NCBI GenBank assembly: GCA_043811915.1
Contig: JBDRMS010000006.1
Coordinates: 86,870-150,869 of the forward strand
Direction: 5' to 3'
From: a bacterium
GTDB taxonomy: Bacteria > Patescibacteriota > Andersenbacteria > UBA10190
Length of the DNA: 64,000 bases
Of this stretch, positions 38,931 to 48,689 are shown in pieces. Position 1 is the stretch's first letter; each line of letters opens with the position of its first letter. The notes below the pieces were generated by a model that searched no databases, was not told where the DNA came from, and saw only the letters and a program-made list of their open reading frames with translations. Both the position numbers and the translations under genes were made by a program.

Positions 38931-40739
38931 ATGGGTGAAAAAAAGAAAATTTATAACTTTGTGATAATTGCACACATTGACCATGGCAAGTCGACGTTGG
39001 CGGATCGAATGTTGGAGTTAACGGGAACGGTGGAGAAGCGCAAGATGAAGGAACAACTGCTCGATAGCATGGAGCTGGAGCGTGAGAAGGGAATTACTAT
39101 AAAGTTGCAGCCGGTCCGCATGGCCTGGCATAATGAGATATTAAATTTAATTGACACGCCCGGGCACGTGGATTTTCAGTATGAAGTGAGTCGGAGCCTG
39201 GCAGCGGTGGAGGGGGCGGTTTTACTGGTGGATGCCACACAAGGAGTGCAGGCGCAAACAATGACTAATTTGTATTTGGCCTTGGAGCAGAGCCTGGAAA
39301 TTATTCCGGTCATAAATAAAATTGACCTGCCGGCGGCACAGGTAGACAGAGTAAAGAGTGAGATTGGGTTGTTGCTGGGTACGAGTGGAGATGAGATACT
39401 GACAATTTCGGCTAAGACGGGCCAGGGGGTGGAGCGGTTGTTAAATGCGGTGGTAGAAAAGGTCCCGGCTGTTTGTGCACCCACTAATGCAGCGGGTGAA
39501 GCTTTTAGAAGCCTCGTTTTTGACTCGGTGTATGATGATTACAAGGGAGTAGTGGCTTATGTTCGAGTAGTTGATGGAGAAATTAGGACGGGCGACGAAA
39601 TAGCTTTTCTGGGCACAGGAGCCCATGACCGCGCAGTGGAGGTTGGCGTGTTCACGCCAGCATTTAAAGCAACAGGTATTTTGGCGGCGGGAGAAGTTGG
39701 GTATGTGGCAACGGGACTAAAAGATATTCGCAAGGCCAGAGTAGGTGATACTTTAACACATGCGGCCCGCCAATACGGTGGGCGGCCAACGCCGAAGGCA
39801 CTGGCTGGCTTTTCAATACCGCAGGCGAAAGTGTTTGCCGGGATTTATCCGGCTAGCGGAGATGATTTTGCTCGTTTACGGGAGGCCGTCAGTAAATTGC
39901 AGCTGAATGACGCTTCACTGACGGTGCAACAGGAGCAAAGCCAGGTGCTGGGGCAGGGTTTTCGATGTGGCTTTCTTGGTATGCTGCACCTGGAAATTGT
40001 GCAGGAGAGGTTAATAAGAGAGTACGAGCTTGACTTAGTGATTACCACACCCAGTGTGTTGTATCGGATCGAGACGAACGATGGCGAAAAGATTGATGTG
40101 CACACGCCGGCCGAATTTCCGGATCTATCCAGAGTGGAGCGGACGCTGGAGCAGTACGTAGAAGCCGAGGTGGTGACGCCGACGAAGCATCTGGGGCTGG
40201 TATTTGAGCTTATGAAGCAGCGCGAGGCAGTGTTAAAACAGCAGGAACAGTTAGGGCCGGAGCGGATGTTGCTAAAATATGAGTTACCGCTGCGGGAACT
40301 GGTAGTGAATTTGTATGATCGCTTGAAGTCGGCCACGAGTGGCTACGGGTCCTTGAGTTATGAGCTGACTGATTGGCGTGAGACTGACGTGGTGCGGCTG
40401 AATATATTGATTAATCATGAGGTGATTGAGGCACTTTCGGTAATTGTGCCGCGGATAAAGGGAGACAGTGTGGGACGGCGGGCGGTTGGTAAACTGAAAA
40501 AGATTTTACCGCGACAATTGTTTGTGGTGCCATTGCAGGCGGCTATAGGGGGCAAGATTATTGCGCGAGAGACGCTGCCGGCACAGCGCAAGGATGTCAC
40601 AGGTCACTTATACGGCGGAGACGTGACACGAAAAAGAAAGTTGCTGGAAAAACAGAAAAAAGGCAAAAAACGACTGGCTAAAAGCGGTTCGGTAGAAATA
40701 CCACCCGAGGCGTATAGGGCGATTTTGACGGAAGATTAA
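38931..40739 (+). CDS. lepA: elongation factor 4 (LepA)
   Basis: G-domain motifs AHIDHGKST, DTPGH, NKID plus the LepA-specific C-terminal domain. Confidence 0.9.
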   Translation: MGEKKKIYNFVIIAHIDHGKSTLADRMLELTGTVEKRKMKEQLLDSMELEREKGITIKLQPVRMAWHNEILNLIDTPGHVDFQYEVSRSLAAVEGAVLLVDATQGVQAQTMTNLYLALEQSLEIIPVINKIDLPAAQVDRVKSEIGLLLGTSGDEILTISAKTGQGVERLLNAVVEKVPAVCAPTNAAGEAFRSLVFDSVYDDYKGVVAYVRVVDGEIRTGDEIAFLGTGAHDRAVEVGVFTPAFKATGILAAGEVGYVATGLKDIRKARVGDTLTHAARQYGGRPTPKALAGFSIPQAKVFAGIYPASGDDFARLREAVSKLQLNDASLTVQQEQSQVLGQGFRCGFLGMLHLEIVQERLIREYELDLVITTPSVLYRIETNDGEKIDVHTPAEFPDLSRVERTLEQYVEAEVVTPTKHLGLVFELMKQREAVLKQQEQLGPERMLLKYELPLRELVVNLYDRLKSATSGYGSLSYELTDWRETDVVRLNILINHEVIEALSVIVPRIKGDSVGRRAVGKLKKILPRQLFVVPLQAAIGGKIIARETLPAQRKDVTGHLYGGDVTRKRKLLEKQKKGKKRLAKSGSVEIPPEAYRAILTED

Positions 40740-40762
40740 TAGTGCGCTAAGCTGCCTGGCTT

Positions 40763-41035
40763 ATGAAGAAAGTATTTTGGGCGGTGACCGTGGTGGTTGC
40801 CGGCTGGATGACGGTGTTCTGGCTGGACCTGGAGTCGCGGCAAGTAATGTTTGGGGTGATATTAGCGGCGGGCTTGTTTTTATTGATGTCGTTGCGACAG
40901 AAGGAAGATATGTCGGTGAGCTTTAAAGACGAGACTAGTGTTAATGAGTTGCTTAAAAGTGATGCTTTGTCGCCAGAGGATGCGCGGAAGTGGCTGGACA
41001 GCTTTTTAGTTGAGCAGCAGCAGGACAAGAAGTAG
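40763..41035 (+). CDS. small membrane protein (two TM helices)
   Basis: Hydrophobic N-terminal half; no recognised family. Confidence 0.4.
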   Translation: MKKVFWAVTVVVAGWMTVFWLDLESRQVMFGVILAAGLFLLMSLRQKEDMSVSFKDETSVNELLKSDALSPEDARKWLDSFLVEQQQDKK

Positions 41036-41063
41036 ACAAGGTCTTATACTGTATATGTAGAGT

Positions 41064-41606
41064 ATGCCGTTTATTTTTAAGAAATTGGCAATTCCTGATG
41101 TGACGGTGGTGCAGCCGAGGGTGTTTGGCGATGAGCGCGGTTCGTTTGTAGAAATTTATAAGGCGTCGGAGTTTGCCAGGCACGGCATTGATAAGCCTTT
41201 CGTTCAGTTTAATCTTTCAGTGAGTAAGCGGAACGTGTTGCGGGGCTTGCATTATCAATTGGGCCCGGCGGCACAAGGCAAGCTGGTGCGGATTGCAGTG
41301 GGTAGTATTTATGATGTGGTGGTAGATATTCGTTCTGATTCCAGTACATTTGGTCAGTGGGTGAGCGAAGTGCTTTCCGCAGAGCAGGGAAATATGTTGT
41401 ATGCTCCGGAAGGCTTTGCCCATGGGTTTTGTGTGTTATCTGAAGCGGCTCATGTACAGTACTGCGCAACGGCCGAGTATACACCGGACAAGGAGCGGGG
41501 AATTGTCTGGAATGATTCTGATTTGGCAATTGATTGGCCGGTTATAGAACCGGTCTTGTCTGATAAAGACAAGGAGTATCCGGTATTCAAAAAGGCGGAA
41601 TTATGA
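41064..41606 (+). CDS. rfbC: dTDP-4-dehydrorhamnose 3,5-epimerase
   Basis: RmlC cupin motifs (FGDERGSF...RGLHYQ). Confidence 0.88.
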   Translation: MPFIFKKLAIPDVTVVQPRVFGDERGSFVEIYKASEFARHGIDKPFVQFNLSVSKRNVLRGLHYQLGPAAQGKLVRIAVGSIYDVVVDIRSDSSTFGQWVSEVLSAEQGNMLYAPEGFAHGFCVLSEAAHVQYCATAEYTPDKERGIVWNDSDLAIDWPVIEPVLSDKDKEYPVFKKAEL

Positions 41607-41896
41607 AGAAATTGACTTTTAGATAAGAAAAAAGACCTAAGGTTGGGTAGTGGGTCGAGGGAAGAAGTAGGTTTGAGAGGAAAGCTTAGGTCTTATAAGG
41701 TACGAGTTGTTTTTTTGTTTGAAGGTGCGGGTTCTGTTTGTTACTTACTATACTACAGGTACCTAAAATAAATGCAAGGGCATTTTGGCCTCATTTCTCA
41801 TTTGGTGTTTAAAAGGCTGCGTCAGGGCTTCTAGAGGCAATTCACAGGATTATCCTGAGTAGGAGAAGGGGTTAATTACTTTTTACTTTAAAAAGG

Positions 41897-42739
41897 GTGT
41901 ATAATAGGGTGATGATGATAAAAGAAAAAAATATAGTCAGGAGTTTTTTAATCGCTGTTGTTTTTTTGGTATTTACCACACTAAACCTCGTCCTGCCACA
42001 GCAGGCTAAAGCTTTTTCCGTCCAGCAAGTACTTTCTCCCGCAACTTCAGTTTTGTTAATGATCGGTGAAAAAGTCCAGTATGTCTTTGCCTTTACGCCA
42101 AGCAGTAAAGTCAAAGTTTTAGAAAGTCAGGCGCAAAGAAGACTTGCCAGTGCTCAAGGACGAGTTAAAGGCGACACAGACAGCGCCGAAAGTTTAATTG
42201 AGGAGTATCAAGATATAAAAAATAAGCAGAGTTCACTTCTTGATAAGGCTGATGACGATACCTTAAAGCAAGTTCAAGAGCAAACAGTGGAACAACAAAA
42301 AACTTTAGTTAGTATGGGAAATAGTGCTCCGGAAATAAAGAATACAGTTAAAACTGTGAATACAAACGTCGTCAATGACATCAAGGGTGTAGTTACTCTA
42401 AAAGAGGGGACAACGGCGGGTGAAGCGTTTAGCCAAAAAGCGACGATTGTTTATGCTCCAGGGACAGGGCCGGGAGCAGCAGGATCTGGCGGTGTAGGAA
42501 CCAGGGTAATTGAGGGGGGAGTATTACAGATGTACGCATCTGGGGCAGATGGAAATGGCGGTGGAGGGCAAACTGTTACGAATGAGAAGATGGAGATGCA
42601 GAATATGGCGCCGGCAAATTCAGAGACGAACACAGGAGCAACAAATGTAATAGATAATAATACAGGGTCTGGGCCTGGCACTTCTGGTGGTGGAGATTCG
42701 TCTGGAGGAATGGGTATTGAAGCAATTGTTGGAGATTAA
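41897..42739 (+). CDS. secreted Gly/Thr-rich protein (signal peptide, coiled N-terminal half, glycine-rich C-terminus)
   Basis: Hydrophobic signal-like N-terminus; GSGGVGT...GNGGGG...GGGDSSGG; start codon ambiguous (41897, 41912 or 41915). Confidence 0.5.
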   Translation: MYNRVMMIKEKNIVRSFLIAVVFLVFTTLNLVLPQQAKAFSVQQVLSPATSVLLMIGEKVQYVFAFTPSSKVKVLESQAQRRLASAQGRVKGDTDSAESLIEEYQDIKNKQSSLLDKADDDTLKQVQEQTVEQQKTLVSMGNSAPEIKNTVKTVNTNVVNDIKGVVTLKEGTTAGEAFSQKATIVYAPGTGPGAAGSGGVGTRVIEGGVLQMYASGADGNGGGGQTVTNEKMEMQNMAPANSETNTGATNVIDNNTGSGPGTSGGGDSSGGMGIEAIVGD

Positions 42740-42767
42740 CCACCCCGGGAGAGGAAATTGGTTTGCG

Positions 42768-43238
42768 CTAATTTAATTGCCAGATGGCGAAGTTAAGCAC
42801 GGTGGCAAAGGAGACCCAGTACAGGTAGGGGATGAGGAGATAAGGGGCAAGCTTGTCGAGATACTGAAATTTAATGGTGAGGGCGGCTATGAGGACGAGC
42901 AGGACAGTGATGTCTATAAAACCCAGCAGGGGACTTTTAAGACCGAAGAATAAAATAGACCACAAGGCGTTGAGTATCAGCTGGATGAGAAATAAAATAA
43001 TGGCCGGGCGGACGGCTGGCTGGTTTGTTTCAGTACTCCAAACGCGATAAAGAGCAATGCCCATGAAAAGATAAAGGATTATCCAGACGGGGCTGAAGAC
43101 CCAGTTTGGCGGGCTAAAAAAGGGTTTGGTGAGTGAATCATACCAGGTATTGATGGCAGGCATGGTGGCTAGTGAACCGAGTAAGCCGGCGGCGTAAGGT
43201 AGTATTAGAGAGATGCCAAGGATGAAAACTTTTCTCAT
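42768..43238 (-). CDS. tspO: TspO/MBR family tryptophan-rich sensory protein
   Basis: Five TM helices; conserved W-rich pattern (NWVFSPVWIILY..., ...WSILFF). Confidence 0.8.
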   Translation of the reverse strand: MRKVFILGISLILPYAAGLLGSLATMPAINTWYDSLTKPFFSPPNWVFSPVWIILYLFMGIALYRVWSTETNQPAVRPAIILFLIQLILNALWSILFFGLKSPLLGFIDITVLLVLIAALTIKFQYLDKLAPYLLIPYLYWVSFATVLNFAIWQLN

Positions 43239-43363
43239 AGTGTCTTCAGTAAGTGTAAACGAATAAATAACAATTCCCTAGGGGGGTTTTAGTGTTAGAC
43301 GGCGGGAGGAGGCGGTTTGGGAGATAGTTGAATCGATGGAGGCTGTGAGCTACGATTGAGTTG

Positions 43364-44200
43364 ATGCGGGTACTTATTATTGGCGCGGGGGGGATGCTGG
43401 GGGGCACTTTGTGTAAAGCTTTTGAGGACCAGGAAATTATTTGTTGGGGTAAAGAAGATATTGATATTACAGATGAGATGATGGTGCGGGAGAAAATAGC
43501 GGGCGGTGTTGATCTACTGATCAATGCCGCGGCATACACGGATGTTGATGGGGCGGAGACGAACAAAGAGCTGGCGTTTGCTGTTAATGAACTGGGGGTG
43601 AAAAATTTGGCTGGGGCGGCGGCGGAAGCTGGAGCCAGATTGGTGCATTATAGTACAGACTATGTATTCGCTGGCGATAGTAAAGAGGGGTATGAAGAAG
43701 ACGATGAGCCGGGGCCGGCGGTGAACGTGTATGGCGAGTCGAAACTGGCGGGGGAGCGGGCGCTGGCGGCAGCGAGCGACAGGACAGGCCTTGAATTTTA
43801 CCTTATCCGAACGGCGTGGTTGTACGGGGTGGGCGGCAAGAACTTTGTGGACACTATGTTGAAGCTGGCGCAGGAGAAGGACAGCTTGTCGGTGATTGAC
43901 GACCAGTATGGCAGCCCGACATGTACGCAGGATGTGGCGGAGGCGACGCGGCGGATTGTGATGGGAGAATATAGGCCGGGGGTGTACCACGCGGTGAACT
44001 CGGGGACAACGACGTGGTATGGTTTAGCCAGAGAGGTATTTAAGCAAAGGGGTGTTGATACAGAGGTAAAGCCGATTATAACTGACCAGTATCTCCTGCC
44101 GGCCAGGCGGCCGAAGTATAGTATACTTAGGGACACTAAAGGGCTAAATATGCGGCTGTGGCAGGAGGCATTAAAAGATTATCTTGACAATCGTGGCTGA
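43364..44200 (+). CDS. rfbD: dTDP-4-dehydrorhamnose reductase
   Basis: MRVLIIGAGGMLG Rossmann start; RmlD-like length; YxxxK present. Confidence 0.85.
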   Translation: MRVLIIGAGGMLGGTLCKAFEDQEIICWGKEDIDITDEMMVREKIAGGVDLLINAAAYTDVDGAETNKELAFAVNELGVKNLAGAAAEAGARLVHYSTDYVFAGDSKEGYEEDDEPGPAVNVYGESKLAGERALAAASDRTGLEFYLIRTAWLYGVGGKNFVDTMLKLAQEKDSLSVIDDQYGSPTCTQDVAEATRRIVMGEYRPGVYHAVNSGTTTWYGLAREVFKQRGVDTEVKPIITDQYLLPARRPKYSILRDTKGLNMRLWQEALKDYLDNRG

Positions 44201-44782
44201 TTGTTTTACAACGTCATGGTTATCATGAAAAATTTATGTAAAAAGCATTCGGCGGAATTAAGGGATGTTTTGGGCAATTTGGACGTTTTTCATGATCAAG
44301 TAGAGCAGGTGGTGCAGCAGCTGAAAGAGGCTTTTGCCGGGGGTAATAAGGTGTTAATTGCGGGTAACGGCGGGTCAGCAGCAGAGGCACAGCATTTTTC
44401 CGACGAGATGGTGGGGCGTTATAAGGAAGAACGACCTTCATATCCAGTGGTGGCGTTGACGGCGGATAGTGCGGTGATAACCTGTATTGGCAATGATTAT
44501 GGCTACGAAAATATTTTTAAAAGACAGGTGGAAGGTCTGGGAAAAGAGGGAGATGTTTTTATTGGCCTGACTACTTCCGGTACCTCAAGAAATATTCTGG
44601 CGGCAGCGGAGCAGGCACGGGAAATGGGCATGACTGTCGTTGCGTTTACAGGAAATCAGGGAACATTTAAGGATATGGCTGATTATGCAGTGGTGGCGCC
44701 GACTAAGGCAGGGGCGCGTATGCAGGAACTGCATTTACACGCTATTCATTTAATATGTGAGGCTTTTGAACCCGCCCAATAA
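44201..44782 (+). CDS. gmhA: phosphoheptose isomerase (D-sedoheptulose-7-phosphate isomerase)
   Basis: SIS domain; GNGGSAAEAQHF and DVFIGLTTSGTSRN motifs. Confidence 0.85.
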   Translation: MFYNVMVIMKNLCKKHSAELRDVLGNLDVFHDQVEQVVQQLKEAFAGGNKVLIAGNGGSAAEAQHFSDEMVGRYKEERPSYPVVALTADSAVITCIGNDYGYENIFKRQVEGLGKEGDVFIGLTTSGTSRNILAAAEQAREMGMTVVAFTGNQGTFKDMADYAVVAPTKAGARMQELHLHAIHLICEAFEPAQ

Positions 44783-44786
44783 TGTT

Positions 44787-45800
44787 ATGGAGACGACAAG
44801 AGCCAGTGAATTAATAAATAATTTTAGTAAGTATCGCGTATTGGTGGTGGGGGATGTGTTGCTTGATCATTACGTGCATGGCATTGTGGAGCGCCTGAAC
44901 CCGGAAGCGCCGGTGCCGATTTTGCGATCGACACAAGAGCGGGAAGAAACGGGCGGAGCTGGTAATGTGGCTAAGAACGCGGCTCGACTGGGGGCGAGGA
45001 CGTCGCTGGTGAGCGTGGTGGGTGATGACGCGGTGGCTTCTCGCGTGGAGCAAGCAGCCGGGCGTGAGGGATATAGAGCGACGCTGATTCGTGACGCTTC
45101 GCGGCCGACAATTCGCAAAGTTCGATATCTGGTAAACGGCCAGCATTTATTAAGAGTCGATCACGAGGAAACACATGATATTTCAGAAGATATTGAAGAT
45201 AGAATAGTGCAGGCGATAAAAGAAGAAATAACCAGTGGCGTTGATGCCATTATTGTGTCGGATTATGCCAAGGGCATGATTACCTCCAAGGTGGCGGAGA
45301 CAATATTAAGTTTAGCCAGTCACCGCGATTTACTGGTGGCGGCTGATGTGAAGCCTTCGCGGGCGCCATATTTCCTGGGAGCGACATTTATTTCACCTAA
45401 TATCAAAGAGGCGCATGAGTATTTAGGCTTAAACCAGCATGAGCGGAAGCTGGAGCCGGCCGAGCTGGCTAAGATGGTATACATGAAGATGTGTGCGGAT
45501 GTGTACTTAACTATGGGAAAAGATGGTATGTTTGTTTATTGCGGCGGCGAGTGCGGAGTGCATGTGCCGCAGGATAATGTAGTAGAAGTGGCGGACGAGT
45601 CGGGGGCGGGTGATACCTCGGTAGTGGTGTTGCTGTTGGGTCTTTTGTCGGGGGCTAGCCAGGAAGAGGCCTCTTATTTGGCTAATGCCGGCGGAGCAGT
45701 TGTCGTATCCAAGGTAGGAAGTGTGGGAATAACACGCGAAGAATTAATGCAAATGGTAGTGCGGCATAAGCATGAACAAGAAAAAAGTCATATTTCTTGA
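44787..45800 (+). CDS. hldA: D-glycero-beta-D-manno-heptose-7-phosphate kinase (HldE domain I-like, PfkB family)
   Basis: RVLVVGDVLLDHYVHG...RLNPEAPVPIL matches the RfaE kinase-domain N-terminus; ATG at 44787, 4 nt after the gmhA stop. Confidence 0.8.
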   Translation: METTRASELINNFSKYRVLVVGDVLLDHYVHGIVERLNPEAPVPILRSTQEREETGGAGNVAKNAARLGARTSLVSVVGDDAVASRVEQAAGREGYRATLIRDASRPTIRKVRYLVNGQHLLRVDHEETHDISEDIEDRIVQAIKEEITSGVDAIIVSDYAKGMITSKVAETILSLASHRDLLVAADVKPSRAPYFLGATFISPNIKEAHEYLGLNQHERKLEPAELAKMVYMKMCADVYLTMGKDGMFVYCGGECGVHVPQDNVVEVADESGAGDTSVVVLLLGLLSGASQEEASYLANAGGAVVVSKVGSVGITREELMQMVVRHKHEQEKSHIS

Positions 45801-46305
45801 TCGTGATGGGACGATCAATGTTGATCATGGTTATGTTCACCAGATAGAAGACTGGAATTTTACTGACCGCGCGGTTGAAGCGTTAAAGAAGTTGCAGGAG
45901 GCTAGCTATTTGTTGGTCGTGCTCACCAGCCAGTCCGGAATCGGCCACGGATTATATAAGGAGGGAGATGTACAAAAATTGCATGAGTTTGTGAAAAATG
46001 AACTTAAGCGGGAAGGGGTTGAATTATCAGCAATAATCCATTGTCCGCATCGCCGGGATGCTGGCTGCAATTGCCGCAAGCCGGAGGTGGGGATGGTAGA
46101 CAAGGCGGAGCAACAGATTGGCCCGGTAGATTACGGGCAAAGTTGGATGGTCGGGGACAAAGTGGCCGACCTGGGTTTGGGTAAGAGAAAGAAGATGAAA
46201 ACAGCTTTAATACGCAGTCGCTATTGGCAACAGGATGAATTGGAAGAGCAACCGGATATCATCGTGGGCTCGTTGTTTGAGGCGGCGAATAGAATAGTAA
46301 TATGA
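45772..46305 (+). CDS. gmhB: D,D-heptose-1,7-bisphosphate phosphatase
   Basis: HAD motif VIFLDRDGTIN; Cys-rich zinc site CPHRRDAGCNCRKP typical of GmhB. Confidence 0.85.
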   Translation: MNKKKVIFLDRDGTINVDHGYVHQIEDWNFTDRAVEALKKLQEASYLLVVLTSQSGIGHGLYKEGDVQKLHEFVKNELKREGVELSAIIHCPHRRDAGCNCRKPEVGMVDKAEQQIGPVDYGQSWMVGDKVADLGLGKRKKMKTALIRSRYWQQDELEEQPDIIVGSLFEAANRIVI

Positions 46306-46817
46306 CGATTTTAGATAAGAGTTATTGGCTGGTAGACAAAATATTGACGGTGGACGAGGCCGAAGTGCTGGCGCGTGACTTGAAAGACAAAGGCAAAAAG
46401 TTAGTAACGGTTAATGGCGCTTTTGATATTTTGCATGCCGGCCATTTGAATTTTCTGGGAGAGGCCAAAGAACAGGGTGATGTGTTATTTGTGGGTTTGA
46501 ATTCAGACAGTTCAGTGCGGGAGGGCAAGGGTGAGGGCCGGCCAATAGTTTCGGAGCAGGAGCGGGCGGCACTGGTGGCGGCGCTTGCGTATGTCGACTA
46601 TGTGATAATAATTGACGCGCCTTACGATGATGTACAGAACGTGATGTTGCGCTGCGTGAAGCCAGATATACATGTTAATGGCAAGGAATATGGCGAGCCG
46701 AAGAAATGGATAGAGTGGCCGGTGATGCGGGAGGTAGGGGCGCGCGGCTATGCCGTGCCGCGCCGGCCAGGCCTGGCCACAAGTGATATAATCGGGAAGA
46801 TTAAAAACATTTCATGA
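46302..46817 (+). CDS. hldC: D-glycero-beta-D-manno-heptose-1-phosphate adenylyltransferase (HldE domain II-like)
   Basis: Cytidylyltransferase-fold motif NGAFDILHAGH. Confidence 0.85.
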   Translation: MTILDKSYWLVDKILTVDEAEVLARDLKDKGKKLVTVNGAFDILHAGHLNFLGEAKEQGDVLFVGLNSDSSVREGKGEGRPIVSEQERAALVAALAYVDYVIIIDAPYDDVQNVMLRCVKPDIHVNGKEYGEPKKWIEWPVMREVGARGYAVPRRPGLATSDIIGKIKNIS

Positions 46818-47797
46818 TTATTGTCACCGGCGGGGCGGGATTTATCGGCAGCGGCCTGGTGTGGGGGTTGAACGAGCGAGGCCGGGAAGATATTCTGATT
46901 GTTGACTCGGCAAATCATCAGGAGCAGGAGCATAATTTGGCGGCGGTAAAGTATGAAGCGTTAATAGATGGGGAAAGTTTTCGTGAAAAACTTAAGCAGG
47001 ATTTTTTTGATGACGGCGAGATAGAGGCGGTTTTGCATATGGGGGCGATTTCATCTACTACGGAAGATAGTTGGGAAAAGCTGGAGGACGTTAATATTGC
47101 GTTCACGCAGGAGATTATTCGCTGGTGCGTGGATAGGGCAGTGCGATGTATATATGCTTCCAGCGGAGCGACGTATGGTGACGGCGGCCAGGGTTATAGC
47201 GATGATCATGAAAAATTTGAGGAACTGAAACCGCTTAATTTGTATGGTAAATCGAAACTGGTGCTGGATATTTGGGCACGGGACGGGGGATATTTAAATG
47301 AAGTAGTGGGACTTAGATATTTTAATGTGTTTGGGCCAAACGAGTATCATAAGGGGCACATGCGCAGCGTGATGGCGAAAAAGTTTAAGCAGATAAGAGA
47401 CGGGGGCGTGATTGAGTTGTTTAAATCGAATGACGAGAAGTATAAGGATGGGGGGCAAAAGCGGGACTTTTTGTATATTAAGGATGCGATAGGCGCCACA
47501 CTGCATTTTTTGAATGATAATAAGGAAGTAGGGGGAGTATTTAATGTCGGGACGGGGAGGGCGCGAACCTGGAACGATGTGGCAGAGACTATGTTCGCGT
47601 CACTTGATAAAAAGGCTAATATTCGCTATGTTGACATCCCTCCGGAGCTGGCCAAGCAGTATCAGAATTTCACCCAGGCGGATATTACTAAGCTGCGAGC
47701 GGCCGGGTTTAAGGAGGAAATGACCAGTTTAGAGGAGGCGATGGGAGACTATATTAAAAATTATTTAGCTAATCATTTACACTTGGGGGAGGCATAA
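46814..47797 (+). CDS. hldD: ADP-L-glycero-D-manno-heptose-6-epimerase
   Basis: [13 protein letters not shown]...YASS...YGKSK SDR motifs; HldD-like length and NADP-binding pattern. Confidence 0.8.
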   Translation: MIIVTGGAGFIGSGLVWGLNERGREDILIVDSANHQEQEHNLAAVKYEALIDGESFREKLKQDFFDDGEIEAVLHMGAISSTTEDSWEKLEDVNIAFTQEIIRWCVDRAVRCIYASSGATYGDGGQGYSDDHEKFEELKPLNLYGKSKLVLDIWARDGGYLNEVVGLRYFNVFGPNEYHKGHMRSVMAKKFKQIRDGGVIELFKSNDEKYKDGGQKRDFLYIKDAIGATLHFLNDNKEVGGVFNVGTGRARTWNDVAETMFASLDKKANIRYVDIPPELAKQYQNFTQADITKLRAAGFKEEMTSLEEAMGDYIKNYLANHLHLGEA

Positions 47798-47801
47798 ACT
47801 T

Positions 47802-48686
47802 ATGAAAGGAATAATTTTAGCAGGGGGATCCGGGACGCGGCTATATCCATTAACTATTCCAGTCAGTAAACAGCTAATGCCGGTGTATGACAAACCGATG
47901 GTGTACTATCCCCTATCCACTTTAATGATGGCGGGAGTAAGGGAAGTGCTAATTATTTCCACGCCGCATGATTTGCCGCAGTATAAAAAGCTGCTGGACG
48001 ATGGTGGACAGCTGGGGATGACATTTGAATATGTGGAGCAGTCTAGACCGGAAGGCCTGGCCCAGGCGTTTATTTTAGGAGCAGATTTTGTGGGTGACGA
48101 CAGCGTGGCGCTGATTCTGGGAGATAACATATTTTATGGCAGTGATATGCGAGAGATATTGCAGGGGGCAAAAGACGATGTGGAAAAAGAGGGGGGCGGT
48201 ATGGTTTTTGCCTATCACGTGTCTGATCCGGAGCGGTACGGAGTGGTGGATTTTGACGGAGAAGGACGAGCTGTTTCAATTGAGGAGAAGCCGAAGAGGC
48301 CAAAATCGTCTTACGCCGTACCCGGTCTTTATTTTTATGACAACAAAGTGGTGGAGTTGGCTAAGAAGCTTACACCCTCTGATCGGGGCGAGCTGGAAAT
48401 CACGGAGGTGAATAAAAAGTATTTAAAGAAGGGGACCTTGAGAGTGGCAATATTGAGCCGGGGGACGGCGTGGCTGGATTCAGGAACGCATGACTCGCTG
48501 TTGCAGGCAGGTAACTTCGTGCAAACTATCGAAGAGCGGCAGGGACTCAAGGTTGGCTGTATTGAGGAAATAGCATATCGGATGGGTTACATAGATAATA
48601 AACAACTAAAAAAACTGGCCGAGAAGTTGACAAAAAGCGGCTACGGAAATTATTTACTGGAGGTGGCAGAAGAAAAACTGGATTAA
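47802..48686 (+). CDS. rfbA: glucose-1-phosphate thymidylyltransferase
   Basis: [19 protein letters not shown]-terminus typical of RmlA. Confidence 0.9.
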   Translation: MKGIILAGGSGTRLYPLTIPVSKQLMPVYDKPMVYYPLSTLMMAGVREVLIISTPHDLPQYKKLLDDGGQLGMTFEYVEQSRPEGLAQAFILGADFVGDDSVALILGDNIFYGSDMREILQGAKDDVEKEGGGMVFAYHVSDPERYGVVDFDGEGRAVSIEEKPKRPKSSYAVPGLYFYDNKVVELAKKLTPSDRGELEITEVNKKYLKKGTLRVAILSRGTAWLDSGTHDSLLQAGNFVQTIEERQGLKVGCIEEIAYRMGYIDNKQLKKLAEKLTKSGYGNYLLEVAEEKLD

Positions 48687-48689
48687 TCT

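Noticed and set aside
41632-41694. Inverted repeat AAGACCTAAG ... CTTAGGTCTT after rfbC as an intrinsic terminator
   Set aside because: The loop is 44 nt and G-rich, and the T-tract begins ~15 nt after the stem. It is not a canonical terminator and is possibly another repeat-derived hairpin.
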